This document shows, piece after piece, positions 38,731-47,331 of a DNA stretch of 64,000 nucleotides. The position numbers and the translations under genes are program-made. This DNA is from an uncultured delta proteobacterium (GTDB lineage Bacteria; Desulfobacterota; Syntrophia; Syntrophales; Smithellaceae), in NCBI GenBank assembly GCA_963753975.1, contig CAVWEH010000005.1, positions 288,001-352,000 on the forward strand, given 5' to 3'. The number at the start of each line of letters is the position of its first letter. Within the stretch, counting starts at the first letter, position 1. A model generated the notes under the pieces. It did not search any database and was not told the DNA's origin. It saw only the letters and a list, made by a program, of their open reading frames with translations.

Positions 38731-39684
38731 ATGATGTTCTTTTTACCTAAAAAAAACAAACCCATTTCCACCCTGCCTAATTTCCTAATCGTTGGAGCAC
38801 AAAGATGCGGCACGACCTCACTGTATTACTACCTACAGCAGCATCCTGATGTCTATATGAGTCCGATCAAGGAGCCTAAATTTCTAAGCAATCGCGCGGC
38901 CAACCAGGGTAGAGGTCCCGGTGACTATTTAATTACGCAAAGCAGTGTGAGCTCATTTGACAATTACCGCAAACTGTTTGAAAAAAGTGTTGGCAAGAAA
39001 GCGGTGGGTGAGGCCAGTGTGGATACCATGTTTTTTTATCAAGAGGCCATACCGGCCGTTAAACGTCATCTGGGCGATCCGCGGATTATCATTATTCTAA
39101 GAGATCCGGTGAAACGCGCCTATTCCGCTTATAATTTTCTGGTCCGTGATGGCTGGGAATATCTGCCCTTTGCGGACACCCTGAACCAGGAGGAGCGGCG
39201 CAAGCGCGACGGATATTGCTGGCATTGGCTTTATCGCGAAGTCGGCTTGTATGCCGGCCAGGTGCGCGCCTTTCAAGAAAACTTCAGCCGGGTGTCTGTC
39301 CTGTTCTATGATGATCTGAAAATCAATGCCGACGCACTGATGCGGTCTGTATTCACATTTCTTGACATAAACCCCGATTTCGTTTCGTACATCAGCCACA
39401 GACACAATATTTCCGGTATTCCTCGCTGGTCATTTCTGAATGCGCTTTTCGTCAAACCCAAGCGGCTGCACAAAGTAGCCCGCGCCGTCGGTGGAGCGAT
39501 ATTAGGTGCTGATCGATGGGTTCGCCTGCGCGAGCATCTTCGTTCCACTATTCTGCAAAAGCCCGAAGCTATCGATCCTGAAATAGAACAACAACTCAGG
39601 CTGTTCTATCGCGATGATATTCTTAAGCTGCAGGACTACATCGGTAGAGACTTGAGTTCGTGGCTCGAGAAAGAACATAGATGA
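38731..39684 (+). CDS. PAPS-dependent sulfotransferase
   Basis: VGAQRCGTTSL, QHPDV..SPIKEP.F, GEAS, LRDPVKRAYS. Confidence 0.88.
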   Translation: MMFFLPKKNKPISTLPNFLIVGAQRCGTTSLYYYLQQHPDVYMSPIKEPKFLSNRAANQGRGPGDYLITQSSVSSFDNYRKLFEKSVGKKAVGEASVDTMFFYQEAIPAVKRHLGDPRIIIILRDPVKRAYSAYNFLVRDGWEYLPFADTLNQEERRKRDGYCWHWLYREVGLYAGQVRAFQENFSRVSVLFYDDLKINADALMRSVFTFLDINPDFVSYISHRHNISGIPRWSFLNALFVKPKRLHKVARAVGGAILGADRWVRLREHLRSTILQKPEAIDPEIEQQLRLFYRDDILKLQDYIGRDLSSWLEKEHR

Positions 39685-40733
39685 AAATATTTAATCCCGT
39701 TGACGTGCTGCCGCGAGATCAATCAGTAAGCATTATTATTCCGGTTTATAATGTAGAGCAGTACTTGGTCGAATGTTTGGATTCTGTTGTCAATCAGAGT
39801 TTCAGAGATATAGAGATCATTGTAATAAACGATGGTTCTACCGATAATAGCCTTAATATTATTAAGCAGTACATGGGAAAAGATGACAGGATTACATTGA
39901 TTGATAAGAAAAACGAGGGTACGGGACTTACGCGCAACGCTGGCATAAAAATGGCGAAGTCGAAATACTTTTTGCTGCTCGATTCCGACGATTGTCTTGC
40001 GCTCAATGCAATAGAGGTTTTGTATAATAAAATGCTTCAGGCTGATTTTGATATTTTGATTTTCAACGGTCTGTCTTTTGAAGATTATGGCGAAAACAGG
40101 TGTTGGAACAAAAATCCTTATTTTGAACTCGACCAAAAAGATGAGAATATTTTTGCAACAGGTTTGGAATGGATTGAACATACTGGCGGCGAAATCCAGC
40201 AACCGGGCATGAAAATGTATAATCGTAATTTTATCCTTGAAAATAATGTGAAGTTTTCCGACACATGTGCAGGAGAGGACAACTATTTCTTTTATTTGAG
40301 CATGATTCGGGCACAAAGAGTTGGTTACATTCATTATGTCGGGTACTTTAGGCGCTATAGGCCCGGCTCATGCATAACCGATAAATCCATAAAAAGCACA
40401 CAAGGGAGAATAAATTCATTTCGCTACATAGTATCAACACTGGATTTGGTCAGCAGTAAAAAATATAGGAGCCTCATAGGTAAACAGCACGCATACTACG
40501 CCAGCTTACTTTGGATTCTTTGCATGATCAGAGATAACGGGAATGATAGGAATGCGTTATTGAGCAACTATCAAAGGTGCAACCTTCAGGATTTTATCCG
40601 ACAAAACAGGAAAGATTGGAAACTATATATTTTGTACTTTTTTATATCACTACCGAAGGCGATGCGGTCTCTACAGATACTTTTTGCTCGTACGATTCAA
40701 TTTTTATATAAATCCAGGTCCAGGCTACTCTAA
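39681..40733 (+). CDS. GT2 glycosyltransferase
   Basis: IPVYNVE.YL.ECLDS, NDGSTD, LDSDD, GED. Confidence 0.88.
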   Translation: MKIFNPVDVLPRDQSVSIIIPVYNVEQYLVECLDSVVNQSFRDIEIIVINDGSTDNSLNIIKQYMGKDDRITLIDKKNEGTGLTRNAGIKMAKSKYFLLLDSDDCLALNAIEVLYNKMLQADFDILIFNGLSFEDYGENRCWNKNPYFELDQKDENIFATGLEWIEHTGGEIQQPGMKMYNRNFILENNVKFSDTCAGEDNYFFYLSMIRAQRVGYIHYVGYFRRYRPGSCITDKSIKSTQGRINSFRYIVSTLDLVSSKKYRSLIGKQHAYYASLLWILCMIRDNGNDRNALLSNYQRCNLQDFIRQNRKDWKLYILYFFISLPKAMRSLQILFARTIQFLYKSRSRLL

Positions 40734-40737
40734 AAAG

Positions 40738-41653
40738 ATGCTAAAAGAACACAAAAAGACGAATTCGCCTCAAATCAGCTTGATTTTGCTGACCATGAAC
40801 CGGAAAGAAATGCTGGAGAACTGTCTGCGGTCAGTTCAAAAACAGAAGTTTCCGGATATGGAAATCATTGTTGTGGATAATGCGTCTTGTGACGGAACGG
40901 GGGATATGGTTCAAAGTCTGTTTCCAGGACGTGCGGTATTTTTACCTCAGCGCCAACATGGGAGCTCCGGGTGGAAGAAATTATGGAGTGCGGATGGCCG
41001 GCGGAGAGTTCTGTGTTTTTCTGGATGATGACGCGGTTTTCGCTGACGAAAACGCCCTTAGCCTCGTGGTTTCTTACTTTCGCTCCAATGGCGGCTTGGG
41101 CTGCATTGCCTTTCGGATTCTTCAGCCAAGCGACGGTTGCGAGGAATATAAGAGCATTCCCCGGGCGGATAAAAAAATCGTTCACGAGGACTACGAGTGC
41201 AGCTATTTCTGCGGCGCCGGTTTTGCTATCAGGCGTAACCTTTTTCTGGAGATCGGGATGTTCTGGGAGCCTCTGTTTTTTATCGCTGAAGAACTGGACT
41301 TCAGTTATCGACTGGTAAATCAAGGATATAAGATTTTGCGTTCCTCCGCCATATCCGTTATTCATTATGAAACGCCTCAGGCCAGAGTCAAGGGAAAGTG
41401 GATTTATTATGGCGTAAGAAATCGATGTTGGGTGGCGGCAAGACATTTACCCTGGTTCAATGTTTTTTCACATACGTTGTTGTGGTGGGGATATTATTTT
41501 ATAAAGGCTCTTCGCTATCGTCATCCGCTCTATTTTATGCAAGGCCTTAAAGATACTGTGATTGGCTTCCGGAAAGCGCTACGCAGCCGAGCTTGCATCA
41601 CCAAAGAAACCGTTGGCAAATTAAAAATATTATCCGGAAGAGTCTATTACTGA
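40738..41653 (+). CDS. GT2 glycosyltransferase, +1 frameshift near 40927
   Basis: VVDNASCDGT in the first frame; GGRN.G, FLDDDA, EELD in the second; removing one G gives LFPDVRYF. Confidence 0.8.
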
Positions 41654-41692
41654 GCGGCGTCTAGGGCATTCAAGGGTCGGTTTAAAACAGAA

Positions 41693-42328
41693 ATGAATAT
41701 TAAGACAAAGGTCCTTTATGTTTGGTCGCATGGATTGATGGCTCTAACCCTTTTGCGCTGGTTATCCCGGTTAGGAATAAAAATTGTTCCCTATTATCTT
41801 TTTGAAGAGTCAAAAAATTTTCTGAGTACGGACATCAAGCCGCTGCTGGATGAACCTTTTGAAACGATTTTGCTGGGTCGAAGCGATGTCGAGCTGCTTA
41901 AAGGATTGGAGAATCTGTCTGAAACGCCGGCAGATTTTTCAAAACTGTGGAATGCCGGCTGCTCATGCATTGGTTTGAAAAGCGAGGGGGCGATTCTGGC
42001 TTATGGCTGGTTTGATCTATTAAGATGCAATTACAAGTATTTGTCATTTGCGCTTCAAGGCGATGAGGCTTACGCGTTCAATTTTCATACCGCCAGACAT
42101 ATGCGGGGGCGAAATATCGCCCCGTTTCTAAGAACAATTCTGTATGCTTATCTTGAAAGTATGGGGCGAAACAAAATTTACAGCATTTCGGAAAAATTTA
42201 ATACTTCGGCGATGAAATTTAAAGAAAAAATAAATGCAAAGCCCCTGTGTTATTATGTTTATGTGAATTTATTCAACATGGTCAGCAAAAATATTATGAT
42301 CAAAACATTGAAAGATCGTATGACATGA
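41693..42328 (+). CDS. Putative GNAT-fold protein
   Basis: AYGW, EAY.FNFHT...RGRNIA and N.SA..F patterns resembling acetyl-CoA-binding motifs. Confidence 0.5.
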   Translation: MNIKTKVLYVWSHGLMALTLLRWLSRLGIKIVPYYLFEESKNFLSTDIKPLLDEPFETILLGRSDVELLKGLENLSETPADFSKLWNAGCSCIGLKSEGAILAYGWFDLLRCNYKYLSFALQGDEAYAFNFHTARHMRGRNIAPFLRTILYAYLESMGRNKIYSISEKFNTSAMKFKEKINAKPLCYYVYVNLFNMVSKNIMIKTLKDRMT

Positions 42329-43092
42329 CACAAAAAACAGGTTCCCGCAAAAGTGGTCTGCTCAACCGCGATGTCATCACGTCTTCTCTTTTAAAAGGTG
42401 CTTCATGGGCCGATTCGCACGGCGCCGATCCTAATGCCGGATTTTTAGGAGCGGGCCTGCTCTATTATACAATGGCCTATATGCTGCGCGCGAAATTGTG
42501 CGTTTGTATCGGTTCGGGCGGCGGTTTTGTGCCACGCCTGATGCGGCAAGCGCAGAGGGATTTGGGTCTGGTGAATGCCAGAACTGTTCTGATTGATGCC
42601 GATACGGAAGAATGGAGCCGTCCGGACTGGACCGATCAAGCGTCTTTCTTTCGAAGTCACTATAACGATATTGAAATTATCATCGACAGATCATCGAATG
42701 TTTTCAAGCGCAGCGCAACAAAAGCGTGGAAAATAGATTATCTGCATATCGACGGCGATCATTCTCATAGTGGCAGCCTGGAAGATCTTCAAAATTATAA
42801 GAGCTTGATGTCCCCGCGAGGCATTATCACTTTTCATGATACCAAACCCTATGAATACTATAATATCACATGCTGGAAGACCATCAGTGACGTGCGCAAC
42901 AATGGTCATCACGTGCTTGATTTCCCGTGGCTAGGAAGTGGTACCGCCATCATTCAACTGAATAACGGCGTTTATCGGTGTAGCGCTTTGAATATGTTCC
43001 ATAAGCAATACATCTTTAATTTTTTCTCGACGATCCAAAAACGCTTAATCGGAAAAATCCATTCATTATTTCAGAAAATATCATGCAAATGA
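42325..43092 (+). CDS. Class I SAM methyltransferase (Methyltransf_24-like)
   Basis: CIGSGGG, IDYLHIDGDHS, GIITFHD; ATGA overlap with upstream gene. Confidence 0.75.
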   Translation: MTQKTGSRKSGLLNRDVITSSLLKGASWADSHGADPNAGFLGAGLLYYTMAYMLRAKLCVCIGSGGGFVPRLMRQAQRDLGLVNARTVLIDADTEEWSRPDWTDQASFFRSHYNDIEIIIDRSSNVFKRSATKAWKIDYLHIDGDHSHSGSLEDLQNYKSLMSPRGIITFHDTKPYEYYNITCWKTISDVRNNGHHVLDFPWLGSGTAIIQLNNGVYRCSALNMFHKQYIFNFFSTIQKRLIGKIHSLFQKISCK

Positions 43093-43416
43093 TCATGCCG
43101 AATGATTTCAGGAAATGAGGATATTGTTGATTGTCCAGGCTAACACCCGCTATTACTGGATAGAAATTTTTCAGATCTGCGCCGGATTTTCCTTCAGGGT
43201 CTTCCCCTGGGCACGGCCATGCTTTTGATGGCTTTGCCGTATCAGGGTCCTTTGATTATTAGCTCAGCCGGTTGTCATAGCTATAAACGGGTTAAGAAAT
43301 CCGAATATAAGTCATGATCTTTAAAAATATTTCAAAATCCTTCGGCTTGTAAAAAGAAGTAAAATAATGTTAGCTTTTAATATAATCAAACCAACAGGTA
43401 ATACAGAGGTGATTGA

Positions 43417-44254
43417 GTGCAGGTGAATCCTCATGCCGGGCAACCAACGTCGCCTATGTCCTTGTTGCGTAGTCTCTGGCGCAACCGCCAACTCATCGCG
43501 CAAATGACCAAGCGCGAAGTAGTCGGTCGTTACAAGGGCTCGGTCTTGGGTATCGCCTGGTCATTCTTCAATCCCTTGATCATGCTTACCATCTATACAT
43601 TTGTGTTCTCAGTTGTTTTCAAAGCCCGCTGGAATGTAAGTACTGATGAGACTAAAACGCAGTTTGCCATTGTGCTGTTTGTGGGCATGATCGTCCATGG
43701 CCTTTTTGCCGAGGTGATCAACCGCGCACCAACGCTGATTACCTCTAACGTAAATTTTGTTAAAAAAGTTGTATTCCCGTTGGATATTTTGCCATCAGTT
43801 GCTATAGGAGCAGCTCTTTTCCACAGCTTCGTCAGTCTTGGCGTACTCATGGTTGCCTTATGTATTATTTAACGGTTACCTGAATTGGACGATAATATTC
43901 ATCCCCTTAGTGTTGTTGCCGCTTACTATCCTTACTCTTGGTTTTGCCTGGATGCTGGCATCACTGGGTGTATTCCTTCGTGATTTAGGGCAAACCACCG
44001 GCATTATCACTATGATAATGATGTTTGCCTCCCCCATCTTTTATCCGGTGACGGCGTTGCCGGCAGCATTGCGCCCCTGGATTATGGCCAATCCGCTCAC
44101 CTTCATTATCGAGCAGGCTCGCGCAGTGCTGATCTGGGGACATTTGCCGAACTGGATAGGCTTGGGCATTTACACACTTACCGCCACTGTAGTCGCCTGG
44201 CTGGGCTATGTCTGGTTCCAGAAGACCAGAAAAGGATTTGCCGATGTCCTCTAA
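43417..44254 (+). CDS. wzm: Polysaccharide ABC exporter permease, +1 frameshift near 43858
   Basis: REVVGRYKGSVLG.AWS, VKKVVFP, FLRD, SPIFYP, NPL, F..TRKGFADVL. Confidence 0.9.
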
Positions 44255-45662
44255 TGATATTGCTATACGAGTCAGCAATCTGGGCAAATGTTACGAGATT
44301 TACAACAATCCGCGTGACCGGCTCAAACAATTTGTCATTCCTCGCCTACAGCGGCTTTTCGGACAGCCTCCCAGGCAATACTTCCGCGAGTTCTGGGCGT
44401 TGAAGGATGTCTCTTTTGAAGTAAAGAAAGGCGAAACTGTCGGCATCATCGGACGCAATGGCTCGGGTAAATCCACCCTGCTGCAACTTATTTGTGGAAC
44501 GCTGACACCTACTATTGGAACCGTCGAAACAAATGGCCGCATCGCAGCCTTACTTGAACTGGGTTCCGGATTTAACCCGGAATTTACCGGACGCGAAAAT
44601 GTTTTTATGAATGCCGCTGTGCTGGGTTTAAGTAACAAAGAAATCGACGCTCGCTATGATGACATCGTTGTCTTCGCCGACATCGGACAGTTCATTGAAC
44701 AGCCTGTCAAAACTTACTCTAGTGGTATGATTGTGCGGCTGGCGTTTGCAGTCGCCATCAGTGTTGACCCACAAATACTCATAGTGGATGAAGCGCTCTC
44801 GGTAGGCGACGAGATGTTTCAGCGCAAATGCTTCTCGCGTATTGAAGCCATTAAGAAAAATGGCGCTACTATCCTGTTTGTTTCACACTCAGGGAGTGTG
44901 ATAGTGGAACTTTGTGACCATGCTATGCTCCTGGAGTCAGGCGAAGAACTGGCAATGGGAGTTCCGAAAACTATCGTCGGAAAATACCAAAAACTGATTT
45001 ATGCTCCTCAGGATAAGCGTCATGCCATACTCGAAGAGATACGCGCATCCGGGGTCGGTGGCCGGGCTCGTTCGGCTTCTCAAACATTGCCGGCAACATC
45101 ATCTCCGTCACCCGGTGAAAAAAATGTCACTGACAATGATCTAGAAAATTTTTTCGATCCTAACCTCAAACCACAGAGCACCTTAGAATATGAATCACAC
45201 GGGGCTTACATCATGTCCCCAGAAATACTTACCGTGTCCGGCGAAAAAGTGAATTGCCTCAAACGCGGCAAGAGTTATCGTTATACGTACAAAGTTAGGT
45301 TCGATAAGGCTTCAACCAATGTCCGCTTCGGTATGATGATTAAAACTATCTCTGGTTTGGAGCTAGGTGGCGCAGCATCTGTTCCTCATACTGGTCAGGG
45401 CATTACTTATCTATCGCCGGGAACAATGGTCAGCGTTGAATTCCGATTTACCTGCAATTTAAACCCGGGTTCGTACTACCTCAATGCAGGCGTGATGGGA
45501 AGTAATCGTGAAGGAATGGAAACCTTTTTACATCGTGTACTGGACCTTTGTATGTTCAAGGTAATGCCTGTTTCCAAGAATACTACAACCGCAATAATAG
45601 ATTTCAACTGTGTAGCAGAAATTGAACTTATGAATAATCCCTTGCAGAAAGTTGTAACATAA
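44244..45662 (+). CDS. wzt: Polysaccharide ABC exporter ATPase with C-terminal carbohydrate-binding domain
   Basis: GRNGSGKST, YSSGM, ILIVDEALSVGD; beta-rich C-terminal domain (LNPGSYYLNAGV). Confidence 0.92.
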   Translation: MSSNDIAIRVSNLGKCYEIYNNPRDRLKQFVIPRLQRLFGQPPRQYFREFWALKDVSFEVKKGETVGIIGRNGSGKSTLLQLICGTLTPTIGTVETNGRIAALLELGSGFNPEFTGRENVFMNAAVLGLSNKEIDARYDDIVVFADIGQFIEQPVKTYSSGMIVRLAFAVAISVDPQILIVDEALSVGDEMFQRKCFSRIEAIKKNGATILFVSHSGSVIVELCDHAMLLESGEELAMGVPKTIVGKYQKLIYAPQDKRHAILEEIRASGVGGRARSASQTLPATSSPSPGEKNVTDNDLENFFDPNLKPQSTLEYESHGAYIMSPEILTVSGEKVNCLKRGKSYRYTYKVRFDKASTNVRFGMMIKTISGLELGGAASVPHTGQGITYLSPGTMVSVEFRFTCNLNPGSYYLNAGVMGSNREGMETFLHRVLDLCMFKVMPVSKNTTTAIIDFNCVAEIELMNNPLQKVVT

Positions 45663-46732
45663 TGAACCAAGAAAACAAGAAACGCGTTATCGTCGTTCTC
45701 GGTATGCATCGCAGCGGCACCAGTGCCGTTACGCGTGGGCTCAAAGTACTCGGAGTGGATTTAGGTAACAATCTTCTAGGCCCTCTTGTCAACGATAACG
45801 TGAAGGGGTTTTGGGAAGACTTTGATCTTATGACGCTGAATATCGAGATGTTAAGCGTTATAGGCAGTGATTGGCACTATCTTGCTCCTATTCAACCCAA
45901 CGATATCGAAGTTTTACGGAAAAAAGGTTACTTCCTTCGTGCGGTTGAATTGTTACGCCTGAAGATTGGTAATGTACCTATTTTTGGGTTCAAAGATCCG
46001 CGCGTAGCAAAGTTACTTCCATTTTGGAAAGAGGTATTTAGCCAATGTCAATTAGATGTGAGCTACGTGCTGACTATACGCCACCCCCTCAGCGTGGTCA
46101 AGTCTTTGGCCAAGCGAAATGGTTTTGATCCGGGAAAGAGCTATCTACTTTGGTTGGGACATGTGATCGCTAGTTTGTCAATGACCGTTAATGAAAAGTG
46201 CGTAATTATCGATTATGATCGTCTGATGCAATCACCGGATTACGAATTGAATCGTATTGCAAAAAATCTCAATTTGGCAATTGATCCGACCGAGCTGCAA
46301 AGCTACAAAAGCGAGTTTCTTGATCAAGTCCTGCGGCACACGGTTTACGATCCTAGTGATTTATCGTCGGATGAAGCAAGCCCTCCGCTTATCCGGGAAA
46401 TTTACTCCGAACTTTTGGAAGCAGCGTCGGATAAAAAAAAGGTTGATGATCTATCCCTACATAAGAAAATCAATATCTGGGTAAGTGAATTTGAACGCCT
46501 TAAAACACCTTTAACTCTACTTGATAAGCTTACAAAAACCATACTTGAACGGGATGGGCGGATCGCCACTCTCAATCAGGCATTGGTAGAGATTGCAAGT
46601 AGCAGGGCATGGAAATTAGTAACAGTATTGCGTAAGATAAGAACGTGCTTAACCCCGAAAGATAGCTATCGCGAACATCTTGCAAAAAAAGTATGGCGTG
46701 GAATCAAAAATGAAAAATCCCATAAAAATTAA
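45662..46732 (+). CDS. Sulfotransferase-family protein with coiled-coil/amphipathic tail (candidate chain terminator)
   Basis: LGMHRSGTS, KDPR, RHPLSV..SL; tail ERDGRIATLNQAL...SSRAWKL. Confidence 0.7.
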   Translation: MNQENKKRVIVVLGMHRSGTSAVTRGLKVLGVDLGNNLLGPLVNDNVKGFWEDFDLMTLNIEMLSVIGSDWHYLAPIQPNDIEVLRKKGYFLRAVELLRLKIGNVPIFGFKDPRVAKLLPFWKEVFSQCQLDVSYVLTIRHPLSVVKSLAKRNGFDPGKSYLLWLGHVIASLSMTVNEKCVIIDYDRLMQSPDYELNRIAKNLNLAIDPTELQSYKSEFLDQVLRHTVYDPSDLSSDEASPPLIREIYSELLEAASDKKKVDDLSLHKKINIWVSEFERLKTPLTLLDKLTKTILERDGRIATLNQALVEIASSRAWKLVTVLRKIRTCLTPKDSYREHLAKKVWRGIKNEKSHKN

Positions 46733-46877
46733 AAGTGCAGTCTGTTATTCATTTGATTTGAATCATGAAGGCATATTAGCTTGTCTGCGGCTTATTGGAT
46801 CTCTCAGCACGATTAGGTATGAATATCGTTAGTGGGATTAAAAATAATAATCAAATTATCATAAACCGTGCTTCTGA

Positions 46878-47331
46878 ACGATTAATGAAAACAAATTAGA
46901 ACAATTAAGGGCAGAGGTTAAAGCTCAGCAGGCGGAAGCTGTTCTGAATGCGGTTTATAGCAGCCACGCGTGGCCGTGGATCGCACCCCACAATGGATAA
47001 TGGGGGCTTTGAAGATTATACGGGGGAAGTTGAGATGACGACGTTGAAGAATTCACTCAAGCAATTTGTTAAAACGGGGCTCCGGATGGGGCTGAATTTT
47101 GTGAAGGACCATCCGAAGCTTCGGTTTTACGCTACTGCAGTTGTTCGCAAACTTGGGTCGAACAGCTTTACACGTTTTGTTTATACACGTTTAACGATGG
47201 GGGCGTACAATCCGATAATTAATTTTAATTATTTCATTCCGAAGGATGTGAGTCATCTTTCCCCCCGTGCTCGTCAGATCTATTTAGATTTGAAGAAAGC
47301 AATTGAACACTCTTCAGCAGGAGAATCGTTG
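46878..47331 (+). pseudogene. Remnant C-terminus of a WbdD-like terminator, partly in frame with the downstream GT
   Basis: EQLRAEVKAQQAEAVLNAVYSSHAW (frame from 46878) parallels the tail of the 57117 FkbM; LSPRARQIYLDLKKAI in the 46948 frame. Confidence 0.55.

Noticed and set aside
43100..43320. Possible membrane-protein gene relic and sigma54-like TGGGCACGGCCATGC
   Set aside because: Fragmentary frames and the motif is out of register; too weak to call
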